Source of the DNA: Oleispira sp. | Lineage (GTDB): Bacteria > Pseudomonadota > Gammaproteobacteria > Pseudomonadales > Oceanobacteraceae | Assembly (NCBI GenBank): GCA_051275515.1 | Contig: JBNMOT010000004.1 | Coordinates: 1,589 to 65,588 of the forward strand | DNA length: 64,000 nucleotides | Reading direction: 5' to 3' | Notes under the pieces: generated by a model | Database searches by the model: none | The model's input: the letters and a program-made list of their open reading frames with translations, nothing else | What the model was told of the DNA's origin: nothing | Shown here: positions 11,337-23,490 of the stretch, one piece after another | How positions within the stretch are numbered: position 1 is the first letter of the stretch | Layout of the letters: every line of letters begins with the position of its first letter | Position numbers and translations under genes: made by a program

Positions 11337-13163
11337 TTATTTCTCATTAAATAAACAGGCAGAAACTAAAGATGTGCGCGTTAACGGCTTATCTAATATA
11401 CGAACACTCGCACACATATCTGGCTCAATTTGTTGCCCAACCCAGTTCACTAAAATAAAACGAGCATTATCTGGATTGGTTAACATGAAAATGTAATTAC
11501 GCGCGTCACGATTTAATGCACCATCAACTAAAATAAATGAATAGCCCTCAACGGACGATAAAGTTTGGTCAATACTCGCAATAATATCAACATTTTCCGC
11601 CCCCAGCTCGTTAATGAACCACTGCTTAAATAAAACAGAATCCGTATAAACACAGAACCTGCCACCTAATGGAATCGGCATGGGTTGAATAAAGGAATGA
11701 CTCAACGCTCTCGTTTTCACAAAAAAATCAAAGGTAGAACCTTTTTCATCAGAATGGAGTAACGACAATTCTCCCTGCAGCATATTACAAATTTGTCGAG
11801 AAATAGGCAGGCCAAGGCCTGTGCCACCGTGTTCACGGGCATAAGAATTATCAACTTGCTGAAAGGTCTCAAAAATACGCTTACTCGCAATATCAGGAAT
11901 CCCAATTCCAGTATCGCTGACCTCGCCTTGCAGGCACCCATTGCGCCAACCAATTACGACACGGATACCACCTGCATGAGTAAATTTAATCGCGTTACCG
12001 ATAAGGTTGATCAGTACTTTTCTGAAATTTACAGGATCCACATCAATCTCCGCAGGTACGGAATGACTAAAAGTTAACACTAAATCTAAACGTTTTTCAG
12101 CGATGTCAGTGGTAAATAAAGCAACGATGCCCTGAAAAAATCCTTCGGTCTCTACCGCTTCTCTCTGCACCTTTAAGCCACCCGCTTCAATGGCAGCAAC
12201 ATCTAAAATCTGATTCACCGTATCCAGCAGCACCTGTGCACTCATGTTGCACAATCCAACATATTTTTCCTGTTTTTCGGTGATACAGGTATCCATTAAT
12301 AATTTGTTCATCCCTAAAATACCACTGATCGGCGTTCTCAACTCATGACTCATATTCGATAAAAACTGCCCCTTTATCTCATTAGCCACATTCGCATTAT
12401 GCGTCACTTGCTTAAGCTCTGCCTCCAAGATCAACGCCTGATCGACATCCGACTGAAGTTGTGTGTTCAGTTTCACTAATGCTTCGTTCATCTCACCATA
12501 CATACTGCGGTAGGCCAGAATTAAAGGAATGGCGATGGCAAGCAATACAATACTCATACCGATAACGTATAAAACAGCATGCTGTAGTGAATTTTCAATA
12601 ACCGTAATGTCCATGTCTGCAGCAGCAACATAAGGAAAGCCTTCGGGTGAGAGCATTGGTATCAGAATTGTTCTAAATAATCCCCAAGAATCCCCCGCTG
12701 TCACATAGATAGGCTCTTTCGCGGTCATTGCCTCAAAATACTCAGGTGCGCCTTCCGGGTAATCCGTCCAGTAGGTGACAACTTTATTATTTTTAATATC
12801 GTCTTGGGTATAGTTACAAGAAGTGAAATAAATCTTACCTTCGACCATCACATAGCTATAAAGATAGGTTAAATCACCACTACCAGCGTGGAGACTCATT
12901 AATTCTAAATTGTGCTGGTCTTGCTCATCAGAAATGGCGTTGGCTGAGTGAGCAAGATCATGAAAGTCTGCCGGTAATATTGCGGAAATATTGCTGGCAG
13001 CGGCCAATAATCGTTGATCGATATCGTTTAAAAAACGATCTCGCTCTTCGATATAGCTAATAGAAGCAATTAAAAACACACCCAAAATATAAACAAAAAT
13101 GGCCCCAGAAAAGCGCGTTACTCTAGACTTCACATTTAATCCCATCTTATTATGAACACACAA
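11337..13163 (-). CDS. membrane sensor histidine kinase with a degenerate C-terminal receiver-like domain
   Basis: Two TMs around a periplasmic domain; SHELRTP, NAIKFT, DTGIGI, GGTGLGL. Confidence 0.88.
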   Translation of the reverse strand: MCVHNKMGLNVKSRVTRFSGAIFVYILGVFLIASISYIEERDRFLNDIDQRLLAAASNISAILPADFHDLAHSANAISDEQDQHNLELMSLHAGSGDLTYLYSYVMVEGKIYFTSCNYTQDDIKNNKVVTYWTDYPEGAPEYFEAMTAKEPIYVTAGDSWGLFRTILIPMLSPEGFPYVAAADMDITVIENSLQHAVLYVIGMSIVLLAIAIPLILAYRSMYGEMNEALVKLNTQLQSDVDQALILEAELKQVTHNANVANEIKGQFLSNMSHELRTPISGILGMNKLLMDTCITEKQEKYVGLCNMSAQVLLDTVNQILDVAAIEAGGLKVQREAVETEGFFQGIVALFTTDIAEKRLDLVLTFSHSVPAEIDVDPVNFRKVLINLIGNAIKFTHAGGIRVVIGWRNGCLQGEVSDTGIGIPDIASKRIFETFQQVDNSYAREHGGTGLGLPISRQICNMLQGELSLLHSDEKGSTFDFFVKTRALSHSFIQPMPIPLGGRFCVYTDSVLFKQWFINELGAENVDIIASIDQTLSSVEGYSFILVDGALNRDARNYIFMLTNPDNARFILVNWVGQQIEPDMCASVRILDKPLTRTSLVSACLFNEK

Positions 13164-13432
13164 TAATCAGCAAATGTTCACTAACATCGATTCGTATCTA
13201 GTGCTAACCATAGACCCATTATAAAAAATAGTTTTAATAATAAGCCCTTATTCATTTCCCACTCCTCCCTTAAAAACTAGAATTGTTATTCACACATATT
13301 ATTTACCTTTCCCATCAATCCCTACTCACTAGCCCTATTCCAATATCCTCTCCAATGACAACGCTACCCGCAGCCTTCTGCTTAGGGTAAACTGACCCTC
13401 TTATTCGAACCTTGATTTACAAGATTATTACT

Positions 13433-16090
13433 ATGTCTCAGTCGTCTCATACCCCTACCCCCATGTTAGAAAGCTATCAGCCAAAGAAATTTGAAGGCAA
13501 GCTGCAACAACACTGGGAGCAAAATACAGTTTTCAAAGCGGTCCATGATGCCAGCAAAGAGAAATTCTATTGCTTATCCATGTTCCCTTACCCAAGTGGA
13601 CGACTGCACATGGGTCACGTACGTAACTATACGATTGGTGATGTAGTGTCTCGTTACCAGCGTATGCAAGGCAAAAATGTGATGCAGCCAATGGGTTGGG
13701 ATGCGTTTGGTCTGCCGGCAGAAAATGCGGCGATTAAGCACAAAACGGCTCCTGCAAAATGGACTAAAGAAAACGTCGCCTACATGAAGACCCAGCTTAA
13801 GAGCTTGGGCTTTGGTTATGACTGGGACCGTGAATTTGCCACCTGTGACCCTGAGTACTATCGCTGGGAACAGTGGTTCTTTACCCAGTTAGTCGAAAAA
13901 GACATGGCGTATAAGAAAGTCTCTGCGGTTAACTGGTGCCCGAACGACCAAACGGTATTGGCCAACGAACAAGTGATCGATGGTTGCTGCTGGCGCTGTG
14001 ATAGCCCAGTAATAAAGAAAGAAATTCCACAATGGTTCATTCGCATCACCGCCTATGCAGAAGAACTATTGAACGATCTAGACCAGCTAGATGAATGGCC
14101 TGAGCAAGTTAAAGCCATGCAAAAAAACTGGATCGGTCGCTCTGAAGGCGTAGAAATGCGTTTTGCATTGAAAGATTCCCGCGAAGAACTAGAAATCTAT
14201 ACGACTCGCCCCGATACCTTGATGGGGGTTACTTATGTGGCGGTTGCCGCAGGTCACCCATTGGCCTCACAAGCGGCTCTAGCGAATGGCGGCAATACTG
14301 AGATTAAAGCCTTCATCGAAGAGTGCAAAAAATCCAGCACCGCAGAAGCCGATGTTGCGACGATCGAGAAAAAAGGTGTCGATACCGGCATTAAGGCCAT
14401 TCACCCAGTGACCGGTGATGAAGTCCCTGTTTGGATCGCCAACTTCGTCTTAATGGATTATGGCACAGGCGCGGTTATGGCCGTTCCCGCACACGACCAA
14501 CGTGACTGGGAATTTGCGACTAAGTACGACCTAGCCATCCAGCAAGTTATCGCACCTAAGCCTACCAAGGCCAAAGGTAAAGAGAAGGGCGAAACTGAAA
14601 GCGAGACTATCGATTTATCAGAAGGCGCGTATACCGAGAAAGGTATTTTGGTTAACTCGGGTGAATTCAACGGTTTGCCCACCAACAAAGCCTTTAAAAC
14701 CATCGCTCATTGGTTAACAACCAACGGCAAGGGCGAAATCAAGGTTAACTACCGTCTGCGTGACTGGGGCGTCAGCCGTCAACGCTATTGGGGCAGCCCA
14801 ATTCCAATGGTTCAAAAGCAAGACGGTACTTCCGTCACCACTCCTGTCGATATGCTTCCGGTTATATTACCGACCGACGTGGTAATGGATGGCATTAACT
14901 CGCCAATCAAGAACAACCCAGAATTCTCCAACATCGAAATCGATGGCGAACTGGCGTTCCGTGAAACGGATACCTTCGATACTTTTATGGAATCGTCTTG
15001 GTATTACGCCCGTTACTGCTCACCGCAAAGCCACGACAAAATGCTTGAACCAGAAGAAGCGAATTATTGGCTGCCTGTAGATCAATATATTGGGGGTATC
15101 GAACACGCGATTTTGCATCTTTTATACGCGCGTTTCTTCCACAAGCTATTACGTGATGCGGGCCTAGTTGAAAGTGATGAGCCGTTCAAGAGCCTATTGT
15201 GCCAAGGCATGGTACTAGCCGATGCGTATTTCTATACCACTGAAAATGGCGCTAAAGAATGGGTTAACCCAACTGACGTGACCACTGAACGTGATGAGAA
15301 AGGCAAAGTAACCCGCATTACTGAGACGGCGACCGGCCGAGAGCTGCAGTTCTCTGGCATGAGCAAGATGTCGAAGTCAAAAAATAACGGCGTTGACCCT
15401 CAAGCCGCTATCGATCTTTATGGCGCTGATACTGTTCGTTTATATACTATGTTCGCAGCGCCACCCGAACAAACCCTTGAATGGTCAGATGCGGGTGTAC
15501 AGGGTGCGAAGAAATTCCTTGAGCGTCTATGGCGCTTAAGCTTCGAACTGACCTCGGGTGAAACTGAGACCTTGAATCTAGACACGCTAGATAAAGACCA
15601 GAAAGCGGCGCGTCGTAAAATTCATGAAACCATCGCCAAAGTCACCATCGATATGGGGCAACGTCAAACTTATAACACGGCGATTGCGGCCATTATGGAG
15701 TTGTTGAATACGCTGAACAAGCTCGACAAAAACAACGGACAAAGCCGTGCGGTCGGCCGTGAAGGGGTAGAAGCGATTATTTTAATGCTTGCGCCTATCA
15801 CACCGCACATCACCCACGAATTATGGATCGCTTTTGGTCATACCGATTCCGTACTGGACGTCCATTGGCCCGTCGTTGACGAAGCAGCACTTGTCAAAGA
15901 CAGCATCGAAATGGTGGTGCAGGTAAACGGTAAGGTTCGCGCCAAACTAGAACTGCCTGCTAACGTCAGTAAAGAAGAAGCAGAAGCCATCGCTCGCGCC
16001 AATGAAGCGGTTATTAAGTTTATCGGTGAAAGCACTATCCGCAAGGTGATTGTAATACCGGGCAAGCTTGTGAACATAGTTGCGAACTAG
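13433..16090 (+). CDS. leuS: leucine--tRNA ligase
   Basis: HMGH and KMSKS motifs; leuS-lptE-holA synteny; start approximate. Confidence 0.98.
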   Translation: MSQSSHTPTPMLESYQPKKFEGKLQQHWEQNTVFKAVHDASKEKFYCLSMFPYPSGRLHMGHVRNYTIGDVVSRYQRMQGKNVMQPMGWDAFGLPAENAAIKHKTAPAKWTKENVAYMKTQLKSLGFGYDWDREFATCDPEYYRWEQWFFTQLVEKDMAYKKVSAVNWCPNDQTVLANEQVIDGCCWRCDSPVIKKEIPQWFIRITAYAEELLNDLDQLDEWPEQVKAMQKNWIGRSEGVEMRFALKDSREELEIYTTRPDTLMGVTYVAVAAGHPLASQAALANGGNTEIKAFIEECKKSSTAEADVATIEKKGVDTGIKAIHPVTGDEVPVWIANFVLMDYGTGAVMAVPAHDQRDWEFATKYDLAIQQVIAPKPTKAKGKEKGETESETIDLSEGAYTEKGILVNSGEFNGLPTNKAFKTIAHWLTTNGKGEIKVNYRLRDWGVSRQRYWGSPIPMVQKQDGTSVTTPVDMLPVILPTDVVMDGINSPIKNNPEFSNIEIDGELAFRETDTFDTFMESSWYYARYCSPQSHDKMLEPEEANYWLPVDQYIGGIEHAILHLLYARFFHKLLRDAGLVESDEPFKSLLCQGMVLADAYFYTTENGAKEWVNPTDVTTERDEKGKVTRITETATGRELQFSGMSKMSKSKNNGVDPQAAIDLYGADTVRLYTMFAAPPEQTLEWSDAGVQGAKKFLERLWRLSFELTSGETETLNLDTLDKDQKAARRKIHETIAKVTIDMGQRQTYNTAIAAIMELLNTLNKLDKNNGQSRAVGREGVEAIILMLAPITPHITHELWIAFGHTDSVLDVHWPVVDEAALVKDSIEMVVQVNGKVRAKLELPANVSKEEAEAIARANEAVIKFIGESTIRKVIVIPGKLVNIVAN

Positions 16091-16149
16091 ATAGTTGATA
16101 ATGAGATTATTGCTCGCGAAAGACGGACAATATAAGAGTATTGAATAGT

Positions 16150-16629
16150 ATGAAACAGCTTCTGATCGCCCTAGTCATATTAACCACCACCGCCTGCGGT
16201 TGGCATTTGCGCGGCATCACTAAATTGCCCTCCAGTGTTCAAGTTATGACACTAGAAAGCCAAGCGAGTAATCGCTTTACGCAACGGCTAAAACAGCAGT
16301 TAACGTTTAATGGCGTTGTTTTCCCCAGTGATGCCAGCGCTAATGTTCGTTTAATGATCGCACCGATTATTATTAAGCGATTAACGCTATCGGTTAATAG
16401 TCTAGGGCAGGCTGCTGAATACGAATTGAATGCCGAACTTAAAGTACGTTTAATTCAGCTTGAAGAAGGCACCGACACTGAATGGAATATCAGTGGTCGT
16501 CGCATCTTCAGCAATGAGATTAATAGTGTTATTGCAACTCGAAGTGAAGAAAAGACCCAACGCCAAGAGCTGGAAAATGATTTGATGCGTCAGTTAATGA
16601 ATCGCCTTAAAAAAGCAACGCTAAAATAG
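16150..16629 (+). CDS. lptE: LPS assembly lipoprotein LptE
   Basis: Lipobox ..TACGWHLRG; lies between leuS and holA. Confidence 0.92.
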   Translation: MKQLLIALVILTTTACGWHLRGITKLPSSVQVMTLESQASNRFTQRLKQQLTFNGVVFPSDASANVRLMIAPIIIKRLTLSVNSLGQAAEYELNAELKVRLIQLEEGTDTEWNISGRRIFSNEINSVIATRSEEKTQRQELENDLMRQLMNRLKKATLK

Positions 16630-16666
16630 CCTGTTAATTACAGCAATAGCCAAATAGGAATCTTAG

Positions 16667-17671
16667 ATGAAATTAAAAACGGAACAGCTAGGCGCACATT
16701 TACAAAAGCAACTAGCCCCTTTTTACATCATCTCAGGTGACGAACCGCTACTTGTTCAAGAAACGTGTGATCAAATCCGCATAGCCACTAACAAATACGG
16801 CATAGAAGAACGTGAGCTTTTGCATGCAGAAGCCGGATTTGATTGGTCAGACCTGCGGGATCAAGTTAATGCGATGTCGCTCTTCGCCAGTCGCCGCTTA
16901 ATCGAAGTACGCATTCCCAATGGTAAGCCCAGTGATAAAGGCAAAGCCTTATTAGACGTCACCGCCAATCCAAATCCAGACAATGTCGTCTTAATTGTGA
17001 CACCGCGCTTAGATGCCGCCACGCAAAAAACAAAATGGTTCAAAGCGCTGGAAGCGGCGGGTGTCTTTATTGCGATATGGCCCATCGACAGAAATCAATT
17101 GCCTGGCTGGCTGCAGCGACGCATCCAAGCAGCTGGCATGAGCGCTAGCCAAGATGCTGTTGCACTCTTTGCGCAACGTATAGAAGGCAACTTACTGGCG
17201 GGCGTTCAAGAAATTGAAAAGATGCGTATGATGGGTACTCAACAAATCAGTATCGAACTAATCGAAGAAGCCACCGCTGATAGCGCACGCTATGATTCCT
17301 TCACATTCGCAGACAGTTGTCTTTTAGGCAATGTGGGTGACGCGATGCGAATATTAAGCCATCTAAAAGCTGAAGGTCATGAAGCCATCATGATATTAGG
17401 GGCAATTGTTCGAAAGATTCGTCAATTGATAAGCTTACAAACTTATGGCCCTAAACGCTTAACAGAAGGGTTTAAATCACAAAACATTTGGCCCAAACAG
17501 CAGCCTCCTTTTAAGTCTGCGTTATCCCGCTTAAAACAAGCAGATCTGTTTGAATGCCTGCAAACTGCCGAACAGACCGATCGCGCCATTAAGGGCGATG
17601 GTAACGATCCGTGGCTTTTGTTAAGTCGTTTAACTGAACTGTTAACAGGTGTAAGAATGCTTGCTAGTTAA
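16667..17671 (+). CDS. holA: DNA polymerase III delta subunit
   Basis: SGDEPLL, MSLFASRRLIE, EGNLLA; synteny. Confidence 0.95.
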   Translation: MKLKTEQLGAHLQKQLAPFYIISGDEPLLVQETCDQIRIATNKYGIEERELLHAEAGFDWSDLRDQVNAMSLFASRRLIEVRIPNGKPSDKGKALLDVTANPNPDNVVLIVTPRLDAATQKTKWFKALEAAGVFIAIWPIDRNQLPGWLQRRIQAAGMSASQDAVALFAQRIEGNLLAGVQEIEKMRMMGTQQISIELIEEATADSARYDSFTFADSCLLGNVGDAMRILSHLKAEGHEAIMILGAIVRKIRQLISLQTYGPKRLTEGFKSQNIWPKQQPPFKSALSRLKQADLFECLQTAEQTDRAIKGDGNDPWLLLSRLTELLTGVRMLAS

Positions 17672-17855
17672 CAGTGTAAACGCTAGCTTTATCACAGTAT
17701 TTTACAAAAAAATGAATAACAATAGCAACATGCAGATGATATTACTTGCTTTCAAAAGCGATGATACTGACAAATGAAGTTTATATTGAGTGCTAGCCTT
17801 TAGTAATTGATTTTCTGTAATACTGAGTAACAAAAATCGATTTAGAGGTGCGTTT

Positions 17856-18458
17856 ATGAGCTTTGCAGCTAATCAACAAAAAAATACTGATTTAGTTTGG
17901 GATTTAAATAAGATCAGCAAACACAAACAAGCGATGGACTTCGTTATGAAGTTTGAAAATAAACTGTGTGTCTTTTCCAATACTGTAGAACAGCTGTACA
18001 CCAACTACAGCATTTTCTTTCCAGAAGATACGGGTCGCCAAATGGTTATTCTGCCTGACCCCTATGCATTTCATGATACTTTTCATCACCTAAAAGATAA
18101 TGCAGTGCAGGCGACTGGCTTGCATATTATTCCTGGCAATCTAATTGGCAAGCAAGGCTTATACCTTGTGATATCGCAAAAGGATAAAAACGTGCGCTCA
18201 GTCCCTATTCCTTTCCAAGAAGGTATGCGCCAAATTTTACGCCGCAGCCATTCTGATGATCCATTCTTACCGGTCTTGATGAAAGGTGACCTGCGTGAGT
18301 TTAACGATCATCTCCCGTGCCTTCACTTACACCGTTTACGTTTGAACAAGTTAGCATCACTTTCTGAATTAGAACGCAGCGGTATTAAAGCGGTAATTAC
18401 CGATAAACTGATGAAATTGTACCAAGAGTCCTCTGCCTTAAATTTATATGCTTCTTAG
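17856..18458 (+). CDS. hypothetical protein
   Basis: 200-aa ORF with GAGG RBS; no motif recognised. Confidence 0.7.
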   Translation: MSFAANQQKNTDLVWDLNKISKHKQAMDFVMKFENKLCVFSNTVEQLYTNYSIFFPEDTGRQMVILPDPYAFHDTFHHLKDNAVQATGLHIIPGNLIGKQGLYLVISQKDKNVRSVPIPFQEGMRQILRRSHSDDPFLPVLMKGDLREFNDHLPCLHLHRLRLNKLASLSELERSGIKAVITDKLMKLYQESSALNLYAS

Positions 18459-18578
18459 TCCTACTTATAGACTCTAATGGACTGCTTCACCGGTGTTTCA
18501 CATTCTCTCTTATTCGAATTTTATGATCGAAAAACGATCAATGTTGTAAACGCTCGACAACAGCGCAACCAGAGGGAT

Positions 18579-18823
18579 TTACCCAAACCTTATCCTCATT
18601 CTTACCCACAGAAATTGGGTATAAGTAACAAACTCTCCATTTCATGCACATTACCCTTAAAAACAACCTTATAATTTAATTAAGCCACCTAAGTTATTGA
18701 ATATAATTAATTTTTCGGTTTTTTTGTTAATTATAAACTTTAACACGAGCGCATGATAATTGGGCGACTGCGGTGATTACCCCAAGGCAACCCCCATGAG
18801 TTATCCACAGAAATAGTGGGCGA
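18579..18823. promoter_or_regulatory. DnaA-box clusters with an intervening IHF-like site (datA/DARS-like)
   Basis: TTATCCACA 18801-18809 (perfect); near-matches TTACCCAAA 18579, TTATCCTCA 18590, TTACCCACA 18602 and inverted TGGGTATAA 18616; one-mismatch IHF consensus at 18690-18702 (minus). Confidence 0.6.
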
Positions 18824-18909
18824 CTTTGAGCTATCGTTCACGGCGGTGCTAATTTATACTGAACATCGTTAAATTTATTCATATCAACGCGCTACTCATC
18901 AGAGGTCAA

Positions 18910-19308
18910 ATGACTAATTCAGCACAATCTCAATATTATTCCGTGGAGGAGGCGTGTGAAAAACAACTCCGTGATCACGAACTGCCCTCAACCATCGAAG
19001 GCTTTCTTATCGTCACTGAATTATTTAGTTATTTAGTAGATGATTTATCTTGGGATCAAGGAAATAGTAAACAACCTTCTGTTTTGTTGATGAACGCCAA
19101 TATTGCTAATGCTTTAGGTCAATACGACAAGCTCACTGAATGCTTTGGTGGCGTCGCGCTTTATCAAGAATGGGTTGAAGTCACCGGCCTATTAAGAGAG
19201 TCTGGTATTGGTGCATTTGAGCGCCAGCTTTACCGTATTGATGCTTTAAATGTTCTTATTGAAGAAGAGGATGAATCGGTTAGCTCACTCACCATTGAGC
19301 TGGCTTAA
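18910..19308 (+). CDS. hypothetical protein
   Basis: 132-aa acidic ORF with GAGG RBS. Confidence 0.65.
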   Translation: MTNSAQSQYYSVEEACEKQLRDHELPSTIEGFLIVTELFSYLVDDLSWDQGNSKQPSVLLMNANIANALGQYDKLTECFGGVALYQEWVEVTGLLRESGIGAFERQLYRIDALNVLIEEEDESVSSLTIELA

Positions 19309-19357
19309 TTGTTCATAGGAGTATGTGATCAGGGCTCTTTTAAAAGCCCTGAAAATT

Positions 19358-19615
19358 CTAGCGCGACGCTTTTGGCATAAAGCGCTGCAGGTGAAAAATG
19401 CCAAAAATCATAATGAACATCGCATCTTTTACCGGTTGCTCACTTTTAGCTTTTAAAGCAAACCAAAAAAACGTGGTTTCCAGTATATGCGCACCTGCAA
19501 CAATGACGGCTGCGAGGGGTAAATACGACAGTAGACCAGGCCATTGCATGATATAACTCGCTAACGCCAACAGCCAAAAAACAACGGTTGCAGCCTTATT
19601 CATCGTTATCCACAT
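19358..19615 (-). CDS. small membrane protein (DUF1145-like)
   Basis: Hydrophobic 85 aa, HILE motif, IFGIFH near the C-terminus. Confidence 0.65.
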   Translation of the reverse strand: MWITMNKAATVVFWLLALASYIMQWPGLLSYLPLAAVIVAGAHILETTFFWFALKAKSEQPVKDAMFIMIFGIFHLQRFMPKASR

Positions 19616-19778
19616 AGTAAAATTCTCTTATTTTATTGATTAAATTCAAGCGTCCCGCATTATTCCCCTACGACGACATATTGCCTAGGTGCAAATTAGC
19701 CAATTTGATGGTTAAGAGGTAGAATACTGACAATTATGAAGCAACAATTTGCTTGAAGTTTAGGCTTGAGGTTTTAGC

Positions 19779-20534
19779 ATGACGAATAACACAGATAATA
19801 CCACCCATTTTGGTTACAAGGATGTCCCAACAGGGGAAAAACAAGCCATGGTGGCTGATGTTTTTCACTCTGTAGCAGCCAAATATGACGTGATGAATGA
19901 CCTCATGTCATTCGGTGTACACCGTTTATGGAAGCGCTTCACCATTGATATGTCAGGTGTTCGCCCGGGTAATAAAGTACTCGATTTAGCCGGTGGCACG
20001 GGCGACCTCACCAAGAAATTCAGCAAAATTGTTGGCCCATCAGGCACAGTCGTATTAGCGGACATTAACTCTTCTATGTTAGAAGTTGGCCGCGAACGCC
20101 TTACCAATCAAGGCTACGTGGGCAACATTGAATACGTGCAAGCGAATGCACAATACTTGCCGTTTGAAGACAATACCTTTGATATTATCACCATCGCCTT
20201 TGGCTTACGTAACGTCACGGATAAAGATGAAGCATTACGCTCCATGTTTCGCGTACTGAAACCCGGTGGCCGCTTATTAGTATTAGAGTTCTCTCACACC
20301 AATAATCCATTATTGAAAAAAGCCTACGACTTATATTCGTTCACGGCTTTGCCGTTAATGGGCAAGCTAGTCACCAACGATTCTGAATCTTATAAGTACT
20401 TGGCTGAATCGATCCGAATGCACCCAGATCAAGAAACGTTAAAAGGCATGATGGAAGAAGCGGGCTTTAACCGCGTTAGCTATCATAATATGACGGGGGG
20501 CATGGTTGCCCTTCATCGTGGAATCAAAGTTTAG
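19779..20534 (+). CDS. ubiE: ubiquinone/menaquinone C-methyltransferase
   Basis: [30 protein letters not shown]. Confidence 0.97.
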   Translation: MTNNTDNTTHFGYKDVPTGEKQAMVADVFHSVAAKYDVMNDLMSFGVHRLWKRFTIDMSGVRPGNKVLDLAGGTGDLTKKFSKIVGPSGTVVLADINSSMLEVGRERLTNQGYVGNIEYVQANAQYLPFEDNTFDIITIAFGLRNVTDKDEALRSMFRVLKPGGRLLVLEFSHTNNPLLKKAYDLYSFTALPLMGKLVTNDSESYKYLAESIRMHPDQETLKGMMEEAGFNRVSYHNMTGGMVALHRGIKV

Positions 20535-20546
20535 GTTAGACAGACT

Positions 20547-21194
20547 ATGATCAGCCCAAGCATCGATAGCGCACTGTGCGCTAGTATAGAATCCAGTATC
20601 AATGCCCTGCTTCAACACGACCCCGCACTTCTGCACGCACTGGTTAAATTTGAGGGTAAGCGCATTCGTATTCAAAGCGATGATTGGCTTATTTTAGTCG
20701 TCACGGTTCATTCACGCGGTGTTCACCTTAGCCTATGTGATGATGACGACTGTAATACCACAATCTTTGGCAGCATCAGTGAGTTAATAGCTGTTGCTCT
20801 TGCCCGTGATAAAGCTGACGCATTAATGAATGGTGATGTGGACATCAGCGGCAGCAGCGCGCTGGTATTAGATCTTGCTAAAATTGTTCAGCAATTGGAT
20901 ATTGATTGGGAAGCGTTTATTAGCCCGATGACGGGGGGCTTAGTGGCACATCAAATAGGCAAAGGCTTTCGCAGCTTGATCCAGTGGGGGAAAGACAGCG
21001 GTCAAACCCTCGCCGCCAACAGCAAAGAATACTTAGAAGATGAAGTGCAACTGCTGGTTCCAAAACCCATGGCTGAACATTTTGGCCAACAAGTCAGTGA
21101 TCTTCGTCTAGCAACCGACCGAGCAGAAGCGCGTCTGGAAGCAATCAAACAGCTCATCAACAAACGTAATCAACCTAAAGCACAAGGATCTTAA
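20547..21194 (+). CDS. ubiJ: ubiquinone biosynthesis accessory factor (SCP2 domain)
   Basis: Between ubiE and ubiB; LDIDWE and EYLEDE motifs. Confidence 0.88.
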   Translation: MISPSIDSALCASIESSINALLQHDPALLHALVKFEGKRIRIQSDDWLILVVTVHSRGVHLSLCDDDDCNTTIFGSISELIAVALARDKADALMNGDVDISGSSALVLDLAKIVQQLDIDWEAFISPMTGGLVAHQIGKGFRSLIQWGKDSGQTLAANSKEYLEDEVQLLVPKPMAEHFGQQVSDLRLATDRAEARLEAIKQLINKRNQPKAQGS

Positions 21195-21197
21195 GCT

Positions 21198-22835
21198 GTG
21201 GCTAATTTTTGGCGTCTATGGAAAATTCTCTACGTATTTACTCGCTACCGCTTAGACGATCTTCTGCCCACTGAGCAATTTCCACTACCGTTTCGCATCA
21301 TGCTTTGGCTGGCGCCTTGGCGCTTAGCCCCCGTTCCTAAAAACCTATCGCGGGGCGATCGCTTAAGATTGGCATTAGAAGCGCTTGGCCCTATCTTCGT
21401 AAAATTTGGCCAAATTCTATCAACTCGTCCCGATCTTGTTCCCAGTGATATCGTCAATGAGCTGGTTAAATTACAAGATAACGTTCCCCCTTTTTCAAGC
21501 AAAGAAGCCATAAAGTTGATCGAATCTCAATTGGGCGCAAGTGTTGATACATTATTTGCTAGGTTCGATCCTAAACCAATGGCATCAGCGTCAATCGCCC
21601 AAGTACACCCCGCAACCTTGCACGATGGCACCGAGGTTGTCGTTAAAGTAGTTCGCCCTGGCATTGATAAAACCATCGATCGGGACATGATATTGCTCGA
21701 TCAAATGGCTCACTTGGTTGAAAAATATTCCTCCGAAGGTCGCCGTTTAAAGCCGGTTGAAATCGTAGAGGATTATAGCAAGACCATACACGCAGAACTG
21801 AATTTAGCGATTGAAGCCTCTAACGCGACTCAGTTAAAACGCAATTTTGAAGGCACTGACCTTCTTTACATCCCTAACGTGTATTGGGATTTCACCCGCA
21901 CGAGTGTCATGGTCAGTGAGCGCATCTATGGCATCCCAGTCTCCAACATCGCCGCACTAAAAGCTCAAAACACTAATATGAAAGCATTGGCGGAGCGCGG
22001 TGTAGAATTATTTTTCACCCAAGTATTCCGCGATAGTTTCTTCCATGCAGACATGCATCCTGGCAATATTTTTGTTGCCCATGGTAGCCCAGAAAAACCC
22101 AAATACATCGCCATCGATTGCGCGATTGTGGGCACGTTGAGTGAACTGGATCAGCAATATTTAGCGCGTAATTTATTAGCCTTTTTTAACCAAGACTATT
22201 ACCAAGTTGCACAACTGCACATCGACAGTGGCTGGGTTCCTGCAAATACCAAAGTGCATGAATTAGAATCGGCCATTCGCAGTGTCTGTGAACCTATCTT
22301 TGAAAAGCCCATTGCAGAAATTTCTTTTGGCCAAGTATTGCTGCAACTATTCAGTGTTGCACGTCGTTTTGAGATGGAAGTTCAACCTCAATTAGTCTTG
22401 CTGCAAAAAACATTATTGAACATCGAAGGCCTAGGCCGTCAGCTTTATCCAGAATTGGATTTATGGAATACCGCCAAACCTTACATGGAGCGTTGGATTA
22501 AAGAACGCTTTGGCCCTGAAGGCGCACTGCGTGAACTCAAACGCCAACTGCCTAACTGGATCGAAAAAGGCCCACAGCTTCCAGGGTTAATTCACAGCAG
22601 CCTGACTAAGCTAAGCCAGATCGATAGCAGCCAAGCGCACATTTCAGATCAGATATCACAACTGAATTTAGAAATAATTAAGCAACGCCAGCAAAACCGC
22701 CAGCAGAAGTTAGCCCTTACTAGCATGGCATCGGGTGGTTTCCTTTGGTGGCAAGCGGCGGCGCTGGCAGTACCTGATACCTTGGGCCTATCACTGGCCG
22801 CGCTTGGTGCTGTATGGCTGATCATTAGAGGCTAG
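21198..22835 (+). CDS. ubiB: ubiquinone biosynthesis kinase-like protein
   Basis: [29 protein letters not shown]. Confidence 0.96.
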   Translation: MANFWRLWKILYVFTRYRLDDLLPTEQFPLPFRIMLWLAPWRLAPVPKNLSRGDRLRLALEALGPIFVKFGQILSTRPDLVPSDIVNELVKLQDNVPPFSSKEAIKLIESQLGASVDTLFARFDPKPMASASIAQVHPATLHDGTEVVVKVVRPGIDKTIDRDMILLDQMAHLVEKYSSEGRRLKPVEIVEDYSKTIHAELNLAIEASNATQLKRNFEGTDLLYIPNVYWDFTRTSVMVSERIYGIPVSNIAALKAQNTNMKALAERGVELFFTQVFRDSFFHADMHPGNIFVAHGSPEKPKYIAIDCAIVGTLSELDQQYLARNLLAFFNQDYYQVAQLHIDSGWVPANTKVHELESAIRSVCEPIFEKPIAEISFGQVLLQLFSVARRFEMEVQPQLVLLQKTLLNIEGLGRQLYPELDLWNTAKPYMERWIKERFGPEGALRELKRQLPNWIEKGPQLPGLIHSSLTKLSQIDSSQAHISDQISQLNLEIIKQRQQNRQQKLALTSMASGGFLWWQAAALAVPDTLGLSLAALGAVWLIIRG

Positions 22836-22849
22836 CCTTCGCTACTCCA

Positions 22850-23323
22850 CTACTTGCCTCTAAGCTGCAATGCGGCTGATTTCAAAATCAGCCACGTAAT
22901 CGCCAATTCACTTCTAATAAACCCTTTAAATTTTGCAATGCCATCGTTTATAGGGGCTTTACTTCGATGGAAAAAAATATGCGCAGAGGCCTTGGGTAGA
23001 ACGGCTGGGGCTTGATAGCGATTACCGGGAACAAAGGCCAGCGTCACCCCAGGGAATAAGGTCATATAAGCCAAAATGGGCTCATTACATTGATTACACA
23101 CCCCGCGTTTTAACAAAAAACCCGGTCGCTTGTATTCAATATGCTCGCCTTTAATCAAGGTAGCATTCTTAGCCCACATCACCGTCACATCTGAGAAAGG
23201 CTTCTGATAAAGTGTTTGGCAAATCGTGCAATGACAATGAAAACGTAACATAGGCGGCTTCGCCACCTTTACGTGTGTTTCCCCACACTCACATTGGCAT
23301 GATAATGCCTGCTCGTTGCTCAT
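22850..23323 (-). CDS. GFA/CENP-V family Zn-binding protein
   Basis: CQCECG, CHCTICQ, CNQC; start moved to MSNEQ with AAGGAG RBS. Confidence 0.8.
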   Translation of the reverse strand: MSNEQALSCQCECGETHVKVAKPPMLRFHCHCTICQTLYQKPFSDVTVMWAKNATLIKGEHIEYKRPGFLLKRGVCNQCNEPILAYMTLFPGVTLAFVPGNRYQAPAVLPKASAHIFFHRSKAPINDGIAKFKGFIRSELAITWLILKSAALQLRGK

Positions 23324-23490
23324 ATCGTTCTCCTTATAAAATCTACCGTTATAAAGTATCGTTGCCACACATCATAATCACAGGCACATCACCCAAGATC
23401 ACAAGAGTATTAGCTGCGTTCAATAGTACCCTCAAGCGTGAGATTAAGGTAAGCTTCGAAATATATTTTTACCAAGAAAAGACACATTCA

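Noticed and set aside
18477-18674. 65-aa ORF
   Set aside because: No RBS or protein-like features; overlaps the DnaA-box cluster
18579-18823. oriC
   Set aside because: Only one perfect DnaA box and no dnaA/dnaN/gidA/parAB neighbours; kept only as a datA/DARS-like candidate
23275-23490. N-terminal extension of HisI in the ORF track
   Set aside because: Overlaps the opposite-strand GFA gene; HisI homology begins at MSNWLD (23491)
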